In this document: positions 1 to 11,542 of the stretch, one piece after another
Position numbering within the stretch: position 1 is the stretch's first letter
How the letters are laid out: each line of letters opens with the position of its first letter
Origin: the human T2T-CHM13v2.0 reference genome, Homo sapiens
Strand: one strand, 5' to 3'
NCBI RefSeq assembly: GCF_009914755.1
Contig: NC_060933.1
DNA length: 64,000 nucleotides
The notes under the pieces: model-generated
What the model saw: only the letters and a program-made list of their open reading frames with translations
Told to the model about the DNA's origin: nothing
Database searches by the model: none
Position numbers and translations under genes: made by a program

Positions 1-263
<263 letters not shown>

Positions 264-832
264 TCAACCCTAGGGGCCTGATGGCCAGGACAGGCCCAGG
301 GCAGCCTGGCTGACCCAGGGAGGCCAGTGGGAACCCGGGGCCCGGCTCTCACACCACGTCACACCTCCCTCCCCTGCTTTCTTTATAAGTCAGGTCGAGA
401 GTGGTTTTACCAAACGCGTGGGCATAGGGTGGTTAAAGTAAATGAGGGAGAAACCAGAAACCGTCCTGGTAACACGGGAGGTAATTACGTCAGAAACCAG
501 GGACGAGACTGACGTTTACCAAATGAGCTTCCTGGCAAACACGGCAAAAAGGAAACAAGAACGGACAGAGTTCTCGTTGTCTAATAGAAGGAAGCGCACC
601 AGTTCTTCAGGACAGACTACCGGCGCTCCTGGTGCGGGACACAGGAGGAGGTCACAATGGCCCTCTCAGGAGGGACAGGTCGGTACAATGAACAATGTCT
701 GGACTCAATGCAGCCAGCGCTAAGTGCCCAGCCGGCCTAGGCGGACGCCTGCATGGTGTGCCAGGCTGCCAGCTACTGCGTGTGGCCCGCACCGCCCGTT
801 CCCTTCCACGGCCTCACTCGAGCCCCGCACAC

Positions 833-1061
833 CTCTCTGTGCAGTCAGGCGTGTTGTTCTCACAGTGGATCCCGCTGAAGCCTGCGGGGCAGGTGCACGT
901 GTAGCTGTCCACGCAGTCCGTGCAGTTGGCCCCGTTGCGGCAGGGGTCACTGGCACACTCGTTGATGTCCTCCTCACAGAAAGTGCCCCGGAAGCCGGGC
1001 AGGCAGTCGCAGAAGGCCGTGTTGATGCCGTCTGTGCAGGAGCCCCCGTTGTGACACGGGT
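833..1061 (-). CDS. NOTCH1: NOTCH1 exon 18 (EGF24-25)
   Basis: [17 protein letters not shown]...ENNTPDCTE; 229 bp. Confidence 0.98.
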
Positions 1062-1751
1062 CTGGGAGAGGACGGAAGGGTGAGTGTGAGGGGCAGGCAC
1101 AAACCCACACCTGCGGGAGGGGGCCGGGAAGGCTGCATGGCTGGGGACAGCCCAGCCTTTCGTTGCCGAGGCTGCGGCAAGCAGCCCTGTGACAAAGGTG
1201 TCTGGTGGGGAGCCCCAGCACCCACAGGCTGCGTCACACCCGTCTCCTGTGCTTGGGGTCTCTCTCCCCACCTGCTCCTGTCCTCAAGCTCCAGGGCAGG
1301 GGGCAGCTTTGCAGGCTTCACAGACCGAGCAGGGGAGGAGAGACAGTTCTTGCCTCTGCCTGCCAGGTGATGCCAGCAAGACCCCCGGCTTCTGCCAACC
1401 TCAACCTCTGTGAAGCAGGGCTGGGAGGCCTGAGAGCCCTGGCCTGCAGCGGGGCCCGATGAGCCAGGCGGGAGTGCAGGCCGGGCCCGAGCCATCCTCG
1501 GCTCAGTGAAGAGCCGTGGGAGGGGCTCTCGTGACTCTTCCGCGAAGTGCAGGGAGGAGCAAGCCGGCTCTGGGGCCCTCCTGAACCACCCTGGCCATCC
1601 CTCAGCACATCCCCACACCTGACCCAACCCTCCCCGGCCACACTCCGGCCTCCCTGGGTGCTTATGGCCAGCACCATGCGCACCAACCCTGCCCGGGGGA
1701 ACTGAGGCCTGAGAGCTTCCTGGAGGAGGCCAGAGCCGCGGGGCTACTCAC

Positions 1752-1904
1752 TGGGCCGGCAGTCGTCGATGTCGGTCTCGCAGTTGCGCCCACTGTAGCC
1801 GGCCTGGCAGTGGCAGCGGTAGCCGCCGTGGGTGTTCTGGCAGGATGCGCCGTGCCGGCACGGGCTCAGAACGCACTCGTTGATGTCGACCTCACAGGTC
1901 TGCC
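1752..1904 (-). CDS. NOTCH1: NOTCH1 exon 17 (EGF23)
   Basis: [16 protein letters not shown]...DIDDCRP; 153 bp. Confidence 0.98.
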
Positions 1905-2250
1905 CTGTGGGGCAGGAGGAGGCCGGTTGGTCACCAGCGGCCCCTGGCCCTCCAGGCCCTTCCCAGGCTGGCCCACCCACCTACAGTGCCTCTCCCGACC
2001 CAGGAGTGGGCTTCCGTGACCCCAGGACCATCCCCTCTCCCCTAATTTTGGCCTAAGAAGGTCACAGGAACTGGAGTTGGGAACGGTGCTCCCAGGTCAA
2101 TTCCTGATTCCAGAACTTCTCCGACCAGGGCCTCCTCAGCACCCACCGGCTCCTCTTCAAAGACTCATCTAGCCTGTCTGGGAGCTGCCTGTGTCCCGCA
2201 GACATCCTGACCTCCCATCCCAGCCCTCACCGGGCCCTGGCCAGCCTCAC

Positions 2251-2370
2251 CTTGCCAGCCCGTGGGGCAGACACAGGAGAAGCTCTCATAGTCCTCGGAT
2301 TGCCTGCACTCCCCGCCGTTTCTGCAGGGGCTGGGGGCACACGGGGCCAGCACCACCTCACACGTGGCAC
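2251..2370 (-). CDS. NOTCH1: NOTCH1 exon 16 (EGF22)
   Basis: GATCEVVLAPCAPSPC...CPTGWQ; 120 bp. Confidence 0.98.
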
Positions 2371-3019
2371 CTGCGGGAAGGAGACACACGTGACCCCGGG
2401 AGCCTCACCCAGAGGGATCTCCCAAATCGGCCACCGCCTGCTGGTCTTTCCGCCATCAGAGTGCCGTCTGCTGGTCCCGCCGGGAGGCAAATGTGCACCG
2501 AGACCCCTGAGCGCTCCCGGCTGTGCCAGGACCCTGACCCAGGGAGGAGTGGAGCACAGATGGGGGGACGCTGAAGACAAGCTGCACAAATGTCACGCTC
2601 AGAAGCCACCCCTCATTCCCGGTTGGCAGCGGGGCACAGCCTAGGCCTCACCCCACCAGGCGTGCCCAGGAACAAGGACTGCACCAGGAGAGGCGGCCTC
2701 AGTCGGGTGGGCTCCACGACACTGCAGGGACCTGGGCCCACCCCGGACGCAAGCCCCCTCATCTCTGGGTGACGAGGAAAGGCCCTGGCCTGAGACCGAG
2801 GCCTGAAACTAATCCTGGGGCTCCGTGTCACAGGCAGCAAACGCCCATCACGGGAGGCCAACAAACAAGGGCTGCGATGGAGGGGACAGGCCCAGGCCCC
2901 CAGCACATCCTGCGTGTCGGGGCACGGGGCACGGCCTGGAGACCTCCAGGGCCACGCAGGGTGTCTGGCAAAGGCTATGTAGGAACCACGTGCACAGCCG
3001 AGGGCCTTTTTCTGCACAA

Positions 3020-3230
3020 GCCCATGGCCGAGCTTCCTGTTTATAGCCGTGGGGACTGCGTTATCTTCCCTGTCCCCCATTATCTCCCTGGCCTGCTGGG
3101 GCGACTTTCCAGGGCCTCTCTTCCTATTGGTTTCCACGGTGACCCGGGCAGGCAGGAACTGCGCCAGAGTTTCCGACAATTGTGCGAAAGGAAGCAGGAA
3201 GCGGGCAGATAGGAAGCGGGTCAGCACCGC
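3020..3230. promoter_or_regulatory. Candidate endothelial/haematopoietic enhancer in intron 15
   Basis: FOX:ETS CTTCCTGTTTAT 3033-3044, GATA TTATCT 3061-3066, SOX-like ACAATTGT 3176-3183, several GGAAG cores. Confidence 0.65.
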
Positions 3231-4019
3231 CGCTCCTCCTGCCGGCCCGATCGACGTGTCTGAAAGGGACAGGGGCGCCCAGCCGTGGAGGGAGGGTCCT
3301 CACTGACTGACACAGGAGAGAAAACCCAGGTCCTTAACTTCGGTCAAAGAAAACAGCGTTCTGGCCACAGGCTGCTGGATGTCATGGGAACCGCAGGCGT
3401 GGGACCTCCAGCCCGGCTGCCTGGCCCAGGCAGGCCCTCCCTGACCAGGCCCCGTGGCAGCACCCTCTGCCCGCTCCTGGGGAGCGCCAGGACCCCGGTG
3501 CTTGTGGACTCTTCTTTGTCTTTTCTAGAGGAGATCATTTCCTGTGATCCCCTTGGCTGGGTTCATAGCAGGGGCTGGACAGTTGGGGGAACATCCCCCT
3601 CCCCGCTCAGCCCAAACAGAGGGCTCCTTGTTCCGCTCACACAAAGAGAGCCCGCCATCAAAGGAATCCCTCAGGTCCGGCTGGCGGGGGTGGGGAAGCC
3701 CGGCCCCCAGAGACCCCAGCAGGGTGGGCGCCGGGAGCACGGAGCCCAGTGACCCAGGCCCGGCCCTGCTAAGGATTCACCTGCATCTTACCTGTGTCTT
3801 GCGGCAGGCTTGCCAGGTAAAACACATGCTTGCATGAAAATTTTCTCCCAGGCATCCTGTATCTTTGCTAATCTGCCAACCCCACCCCCGGGAGAAGGCC
3901 CACATACTGCAGGGGCCTAAGGCACTCAGTGAGGCGCAGAACCTTCTGGAAGGCCCCGCCCCAAGAAAGCCACCACTTTACCCTCCAGTCACGGCTTCCC
4001 AGGCCGCCCCCACCCCTGG

Positions 4020-4110
4020 CCCCACCCTCTCCAGCACAGGCTCCGCCCTCTCCAGCACAGGTCCCGCCCCTCCCACATAGGCCCCGCCCCCTCCAGCATA
4101 GGCCCCACCC
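4020..4110. repeat. Short ~20-bp tandem repeat, ~4 copies, next to the exon 15 donor
   Basis: CCCTCTCCAGCACAGGCTCCG-like units. Confidence 0.8.
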
Positions 4111-4119
4111 ACCCCTCAC

Positions 4120-4233
4120 CTGTGTAGGGCAGCAGGCAGTTGCACTTGTACCCGGCAACGTCGTCAATACACGTGCCCTGGTTCAGACATGGGTTGGACG
4201 CACACTCGTTGATGTTGGTCTGGCAGTTGGGAC
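4120..4233 (-). CDS. NOTCH1: NOTCH1 exon 15 (EGF21)
   Basis: [16 protein letters not shown]...CLLPYT; 114 bp. Confidence 0.98.
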
Positions 4234-4490
4234 CTGGAGGGAAGGGGACAGCACTCGGCATGTCCAGCACTCCCAGGCACCTTGGCAGGGCCCCACAACA
4301 GCAGCCCTGGGCCTGCTCCCCACCCCAGGCCCCTCCTCATCTCCAAGAGCCAGAGGCCTGGAGCTAAGGCTTTGCCACGGGAGGGAGACACCATGCATGG
4401 TGCTGGCTGGACCTGGGTCCCGATCCTGTGTCTCCAGCTCCCCAGACTCGAGGGCGGCCCTCTGCACTGAGAAACGCGCAGCCCACTCAC

Positions 4491-4636
4491 CGCTGAAGCC
4501 CTCCCGGCAGGTGCACACGTAGCCACTGGTCATGTCTTTGCAGGTGCCGCCGTTGACACAAGGGTTGGATTCACACTCGTTGTTGTTGATGTCACAGTTG
4601 GTCCCACTCCACCCAGGGTCACAGTCGCACTTGTAC
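4491..4636 (-). CDS. NOTCH1: NOTCH1 exon 14 (EGF19-20)
   Basis: [14 protein letters not shown]...CREGFS; 146 bp. Confidence 0.98.
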
Positions 4637-4775
4637 CTGCAAGGGGGACCACACTGCAGGTCGAGGGAGGCCCGAGCAGCACGGCCGGGGCCTGGGCACT
4701 CCCGGGTCTGCAATGCCCTATGGGCTGGCGGAGGTGCCCATCCACTCAGACTCGCAGAGTCCTTTAGTGGGGGCA

Positions 4776-5304
<529 letters not shown>

Positions 5305-5608
5305 TCATGGGCATCAGAAACACTTGCGGCTGTTACCATGGAAACGTGTTCCAGGGTCACTGTGGGCCTGTGTCCTGAGCACACCATGCAGCCCACAAGG
5401 ACGCGCAGCACACAGCTGCTGGGTGTGGACTGTAGTCTGACTGAGGACCCAGAGGCATGTGCGTCCCCGAGGGGAGCTCCCTGCCACCCAGCCCCGTCCG
5501 AGGCCCGTTTCTGGCCCATCTCAAGCTCTGTGCAGGTGCCACCCTCCTGGCAGCAGAGCTCCCAGGGTTTAGGACTGATGTGTCCCCATGATCGGCCCCG
5601 CCGCATAC

Positions 5609-5801
5609 CCGTTGAGGCTGTCCCGGCAGGCCCCGTGGACGCAGGGGTTGCTGTTGCACTCATTGACCTCAGACAGGCAGGTGGGGTCGTGGTAGCCCTC
5701 GGGGCAGCGGCAGGTGAAGCCATTGATGCCGTCCTCGCAGGTGCCCCCGTTGTGGCAGGGGTTGCCCGCACACTCATCGATGTTGATGTTACACATGCTC
5801 C
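5609..5801 (-). CDS. NOTCH1: NOTCH1 exon 13 (EGF18-19)
   Basis: GSMCNINIDECAGNPC...CRDSLNG; 193 bp. Confidence 0.98.
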
Positions 5802-6388
5802 CTAAGGGCAGGGCGGGTCAGACTCCGAGGCCCAGCGCCCAGGGGGTCCCACCCACGTCAACCTCGATTTCCCTGTCTGTTGAGCCGGGGCGATCACCCT
5901 TCTGGCCACATCCTTCCAGGTGTCAGAAACCATCTTGGATCACAATGTGCCATGTGCCAGCCTCCCCGGGCACCAGTGCCCACTCAAGTCATCCTCCCAG
6001 GGGCCCCAGGGGCAGGGGCTACTGCAGCCCTGACTGATGAGAATCTGAGGCCCAGAGAGGCAGAGGGACCTGCTCAAAGGTGCTGGTGAGCCACAGAGGC
6101 AGAAGGTACTTAAGCCTGGCCTCAGGGCTGGCTGCTCCCTCTTGGCCTGCTGGGCCACTCTGCCAACACGGCCTGGGACAGCTCTGACCGGAGACAAGAG
6201 GGGTCGGGGGGACCCATCGTGCTGCCAGTTATAGCCCTGGTCCCGCTGCAATCTCTGCTGCAGACCACGGTCTGCCCAGGTGGGCAGCACCAAAACCCTC
6301 ACCCAACCCCTCAGCAGCCCCAGGGCAGAGTGGCTGACCTTGACCTCTGAGCACAGTGCAGTCAGCCCCCACGTGCAGGGCCGCTCAC

Positions 6389-6499
6389 CTGTGTAGCCCG
6401 GCTCACAGGCACACTCGTAGCCATCGATCTTGTCCAGACAGGTGCCCGAGTCGCAGGGGCTGCTGGCACAGTCATCCAGGTTGATCTCGCAGTTGGGTC
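6389..6499 (-). CDS. NOTCH1: NOTCH1 exon 12 (EGF17)
   Basis: [37 protein letters not shown]; 111 bp. Confidence 0.98.
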
Positions 6500-6581
6500 C
6501 TGAAGGGGTGGCACGTGTCGGTCAGTCCTCAGGCCCGCCCTGCCCACTGGCCCCCCGCCGGCCACCCGCCTGGCCGGCCAC

Positions 6582-6815
6582 CTGTGGTCCCCTTCAGGCA
6601 GAAGCAGAGGTAGGCGTTGTCGCGGTCCTGGCAGGTGCCCCCGTGGCGGCAGGGCTGGCTGGAGCACTCGTTGATGTTGGTCTCGCAGTGGTGGCCCGTG
6701 TAGCCTGGGCGGCAGAGGCAGGTGAAGGTGGCGACGCCGTCCTTGCAGGAGCCGTAGTGGCAGGGGTCGGGGTCGCACTCATCGATGTCCACCTCGCAGT
6801 GCGTCCCCGTGTACC
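6582..6815 (-). CDS. NOTCH1: NOTCH1 exon 11 (EGF15-16)
   Basis: GYTGTHCEVDIDECDPDPC...CLKGTT; 234 bp. Confidence 0.98.
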
Positions 6816-7071
6816 CTGGACCGCGGGAGGGGCGGGCACAGGAAGACTTAGGACTGGCGGCCCCCGGGACACCCATGACCAGACCTGGGGTCACCTGTGC
6901 CAACCTGAGGAGGGCTCCGAGCGTGGCATTCCCACCTACTCAGGATTGCTGTGCTCTCGGCCTCTGGACCAGGTGGCCCAGACCAAGGTGTCCATGACCT
7001 TGTCAGTTTCACTGCCCTGAGTGCCCTGTCCCGTCCCCAGTCCCTCCCCGCTGGTGGGCGCCGGCCCGCAC

Positions 7072-7185
7072 CTTCCGTGCACACACAGGTGTAAGTGTTG
7101 GGTCCGTCCAGGCACTTGGCACCATTCTTGCAGGGGGTGCTGGCACACTCGTCCACATCGTACTGGCACAGATGCCCAGTGAAGC
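7072..7185 (-). CDS. NOTCH1: NOTCH1 exon 10 (EGF14)
   Basis: [19 protein letters not shown]...CVCTE; 114 bp. Confidence 0.98.
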
Positions 7186-7995
7186 CTGGGGCCGGGGAGG
7201 GGAGGGGAGGGAGTCATGTGCAACAGCGCTATGGCCCTTCAGGGACCCCTGGCCAGACCCCAGCAGTGAGCGCCTGGCTGGGCTCCCCAGGGCACACTCA
7301 GCCTGAGCTCAGCCAGCCCCAGCTCTCCCTGCCTCCCGCTGCCCGCTCCCCGGATCAAAGCCCCTCCCCCAGCACCACACGCCCTCGCTCCCACAGAAGG
7401 GGCCTTTTTCCCAAACCGACTGGGTTGCTATGGCTACAGTGGAGCCGGGCTGAGAATGGGGCTCCCCTCGCTCCAGTGTCTGGGACGGGTAATCTATGTC
7501 TTGGGAGCCTAGGCTTGGGCTGGCAACGCCTCCCTGGGCTCTGCGCCCCGGCCCCCAGCTCTGGGACAGATGGAAACACCTTTCACCCAGGCCCCTGAGA
7601 GTTCCTCCAAGTCCGCCCCGGGCAGCCATCATCTCCATTGCAGGCCAACCTGCCCCACGTGGTTCTCTGCATACCCTTGTCGCTGGCGTGCCGTTGGGCA
7701 GGGGACATGGCAGGACAGGGCAGGCTGGCCTCCCTCCCAGCCTCGAGCCCTCAGAAAGCCAGGCTGGAGCCTCCTCCCTGTCTGGGCACTGCAGCTCCTG
7801 GTATACCCTTCTCTCCAGGCAGAAGGGGCTGCACCCAGATCAAGGAGGATCTCCTGGCCCTGGGCTCCACCGCGACCCCTGGGCAAGCTCCCACTCCCCA
7901 CTGGGCCCTGCCCTTCCTTCGGGGAAGTCTGAAAACACTCCCATCCACTCATGAGGCAAAACCCTCGCTCTCCTGGGAATCTGAACACAACCAAT

Positions 7996-8362
7996 GGCCA
8001 GGCCCCCCTCAGGAGGCCGGGGTGCAGACGGCCCAGGGGCAGGGGACACAACCTACGGCCAGGCACCCCTCAGGAGGCCGGGGTGCAGACAGCCCAGGGG
8101 CAGGGGACACAATCCACAGCCAGGCCCCCCTCAGGAGGCCGGGGTGCAGACGGCCCAGGAGCAGGGGACACAACCCACGGCCCTCACCCCTCAGGAGGCC
8201 GGGGTGCGGACGGCCCGAGGGCAGGGGGTGGGGGCGGCCCTCACCCCTCAGGAGGCCAGGATGCAGATGGCCCGGGGGCAGGGGACACAACCCACGCCCA
8301 GGCACCCCTCAGGAGGCCAGGGTGCAGACGACCCGGGGGCAGGGGGCGGGGGCGGCCCTCAC
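7996..8362. repeat. Intron-9 minisatellite, ~60-bp unit, ~6 copies
   Basis: Repeated CCCCTCAGGAGGCCGGGGTGCAGACGGCCCAGGGGCAGGGGACACAACC. Confidence 0.93.
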
Positions 8363-8476
8363 CCGTGGGGCACTCGCACTGGAACTCATTGATCTTGTCC
8401 AGGCAGCGGCCATTGTGCAGGCAGGGGCTGCTGGCACACTCGTCTGTGTTGACCTCGCAGTGCACACCCTCGTAGC
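8363..8476 (-). CDS. NOTCH1: NOTCH1 exon 9 (EGF12-13)
   Basis: [14 protein letters not shown]...CECPT; 114 bp. Confidence 0.98.
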
Positions 8477-8842
8477 CTGTGGGGTGGGGCAACAGTGAGG
8501 GGGGCACGCGCGGCCCCAATGCCCCACTGGGCACAGCTGTGGACTTGGGACAGAAACGAACCCTGCCTCCAGCCCAGTGTCCCAGCCACCACGGGCCCCC
8601 TGCGCACCCGCTCCCCTGCAGCCCGTGGCCCCTGGCCCGGCACCCTCATCTGCCTAGCACTGCCCCCGTGCTCTGCTGGCCCTGTGGCCTGGCCTCAGTT
8701 TCCCCATGCCCCGTGCAGGCTGTGGGCCCAGAAGGCATGGAGGCTGGGGAAAGCGGAAGCAACCCACAGATGTTCCCGGGGCTGCCCCTCCAAGGCTGCC
8801 CAGCCTCGACTCGGTTTCCCGCCCTGGCCCCGGCCAACGCAC

Positions 8843-9028
8843 CGGGCATGCAGATGCACTGGAACTCCCCAATCTGGTCCAGGCAGGTGGCGTCGTTCTG
8901 GCACGGGTTCGAGACGCACTCGTTGACGTCGATCTCGCATCGGGGGCCCGTGTAGCCCTGCAGACACTGGCACTCGAAGGAGCCCAGCGTGTTGATGCAC
9001 TTGCCCGCATGCTCGCAGGGGTTGGCAC
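8843..9028 (-). CDS. NOTCH1: NOTCH1 exon 8 (ligand-binding EGF11-12)
   Basis: [20 protein letters not shown]...[20 protein letters not shown]; 186 bp. Confidence 0.98.
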
Positions 9029-9227
9029 CTGGCGAGGGCACACGGGTGAGAGGCTGCTCCAGGCACCCTGGCCCCTGCAACACCTCACTGCACACCACCC
9101 CCATCGGACTGGCAGGGTCCCATCCCCCATCTAACTGGGCACCCCCTGAAGCCAGAATCGACTTCTCATCGGTTCTGGGGCCAGGCTGCCACCCCCACCT
9201 GGCCGCACCCCCTGTGCTGGCACCTAC

Positions 9228-9383
9228 CCAGCGAGCACTCATCCACGTCCTGGCTGCAGGCCGGGCCCGTGTACCCCGAGGGGCAGGTGCAGATGGCCTT
9301 GCCATTGACAGGGTTGGTGTCGCAGTTGGAGCCCTCGTTACAGGGGTTGCTGATGCATGCGTCGTTGAGGTGGCACAGCAGAC
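9228..9383 (-). CDS. NOTCH1: NOTCH1 exon 7 (EGF10)
   Basis: [15 protein letters not shown]...DVDECSL; 156 bp. Confidence 0.98.
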
Positions 9384-9681
9384 CTGGGCAGGCAGCGGCG
9401 GTCAGTGGGCACGGCCCCTGGGCCAGGCATGGCACACCACCCACGGCTGGGGTCCAACCCCACTGACACCCCAGGAGGAGCTGCCCGCCGTGACCCCGTC
9501 GGGCATCCCGTGACACTTGGGATGTTCCGGGGGACTCACAGCGACCACCGGCCTCCCTGACCAGAAAGGCCCTTTCAGGTTATCCTGGGTGCAGGAGGGC
9601 CACAGTCCCTGGGTGAGGTCACACAGCTCAGGCCTGGCCCATGTGAGCCCCCTGCGCCCACCTGGGCCTCAAGGCACTCAC

Positions 9682-9915
9682 CTGTGCGGCCATGGGGACA
9701 CTCGCAGTAGAAGGAGGCCACACGGTCATGGCAGGTGGCGCCGTGGAAGCAGGCGGCGCTGGCACAGTCATCAATGTTCTCGCTGCAGTCCTCACCAGTC
9801 CAGCCGTTGACACACACGCAGTTGTAGCCACCGTGGGTGTTGTGGCAGGTCCCGCCGTTCTGGCAGGCATTTGGCATCAGCTGGCACTCGTCCACATCCT
9901 CGGTACAGTACTGAC
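9682..9915 (-). CDS. NOTCH1: NOTCH1 exon 6 (EGF8-9)
   Basis: [18 protein letters not shown]...CECPHGRT; 234 bp. Confidence 0.98.
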
Positions 9916-10533
9916 CTGCAGGGAACAGGAGCTGTCGGCCCCGGGCAGCTGCCACTCCCTGAGCTCCCTGTCCCCTAAGACGCAGGGTGGCAATGCCGCC
10001 CCCTCCAGGAAGCCTTCCTGGGCTGACTCCTCCACCCACCGCCAGCCTAAATCACTCCTTCCTCTGCAGGCCCAGCACCATGGAGTCTTGCCTCCTCTTT
10101 GTGCTCTGTGGACACTGCTGCGTCGGGGTGCACCTTTGCCCGTCACCCCACCAGAGGGTAATTCCCGAACATAGGGCCTGTCTGTTCATCCAGGCATCCC
10201 TGTGACTGGCCCAGGAAGCGTGGCCTGAGTGGGGTGCTGAAGGCCCTCAATGCCAGGACACCCCACTGGGCACAGGGGCTGCCTGGAGCCAGGTTGCAAA
10301 CGGCCCACACAGACCAACCAGGGCCCTGTCTGTGCTGACCCCCGAGGTGAGGGGCACCAGACCCTGGCCACGGGAAGTGGGGCCCCCATCATGTTGTCCT
10401 TCTCGGCCAACCCTAGTCTGCCTGGCCTGGGACAGGGTCTCGGCTGCTCCCCGCTATGCCTGTGAGTGCAGTTTAGTAAGTGGGTAGCAGCCCCGCCCCG
10501 GCTACCCCGCCCTGCGGCGACCCGTATACGCGC

Positions 10534-10656
10534 CTGTCCACTCTGGCGGGCAGCGGCAGTTGTAGGTGTTCACGCCGTCCACACAGGCACCCCCGTTCTT
10601 GCAGTTGTTTCCTGGACAATCGTCGATATTTTCCTCACAGTTCTGGCCGGTGAAGC
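10534..10656 (-). CDS. NOTCH1: NOTCH1 exon 5 (end of EGF6 and most of EGF7), followed by a GC donor
   Basis: [14 protein letters not shown]...CRCPPEWT; donor ACAG|GCGCGT; 123 bp keeps frame with exon 6. Confidence 0.97.
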
Positions 10657-10658
10657 CT

Positions 10659-10717
10659 GCCGCAAGAGGGGCCGGGTCAGCCTCTTCCCTGAGGTCCAGT
10701 CCGGCTCCTGCCTGGAC
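10659..10717 (-). ncRNA. MIR4673: pre-miRNA hsa-mir-4673, ending just before the intron-4 acceptor AG
   Basis: Minus strand GTCCAGGCAGGAGCCGGACTGGACCTC...CCGGCCCCTCTTGCGGC matches my recollection of the mir-4673 stem-loop; arms pair (GCCGG/CCGGC, CCTC/GAGG). Confidence 0.85.
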
Positions 10718-11542
10718 CCCCGACACACTGCTCTGGACACAAGAGCCTGGCCTCCACGGCCCTGCCCTGGGGCCCCCGGGGTCTGTGCCCGTCCCCTGCC
10801 TCACTCCAGTGCCCAGAGGGACACGCCCTGCTTGAAAGAATCATTTTGGACAGGACTGGCTAAACAGGGACTCAGGAACACAGGGTTCCAGAAGATTCTG
10901 TCACAAAAACCCTTGGGTCTCTTTTAAGAGGTTCCGGCAGCTCCTGCACCTGGGTGCCGCCTGCATGCTCAGAGCTCCCTACAATGTCTCCACAGGGGGG
11001 CCGCATACCCCATCTTCAGGGGCTGACACTGGGGCCTGGGCTCTGAGCAGCAGGGGGACATGGGGCCAGCAGGCTGCTGGCTGGGGCAGGGTGGGCCCCT
11101 CGCAGCCCCAGGGAAGCTGCAGAGATTCAGATGGCCCATCCTCCCTGGGGCAGAGCTCTGGTGCCCACCTCCTCCTCCCCCTCCTCCTCCACAGGCTGCC
11201 AGGGCCCCCTCCCCCGAGGTATGGCCCCACCCAGGCCTCCAAGGCAGCCAGTTAGCTATTAATCCACTCAACTCCCGCTGGTTCAATGATCAACCCAGAA
11301 AGGCGCGTTCGGCAACAGCCAAACCTGCAGCCGGTTACTAATTGCCGCCCTCCCGAGATGCCTTTGAACCCCCGTTGCCCTTGGAGCTCCCACCTGCTCG
11401 GCCCCTCCCTCTGAGACACTGCCCCACCGCCACCACCCCGTCCGTTCTGTCTGTCTGCTGGACCGGAGCAAAAGCAGACAGCCAGAGACAACCAAAATCC
11501 AAAATGCAAATCAGCTTGGGGAGCACCCAAAACCAGACCCCA

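Noticed and set aside
10532-10533. GC donor as a sequencing error or splice mutation
   Set aside because: Strong exonic CAG and +5G/+6T fit a natural GC-AG intron, and it agrees with recalled c.865+2C nomenclature
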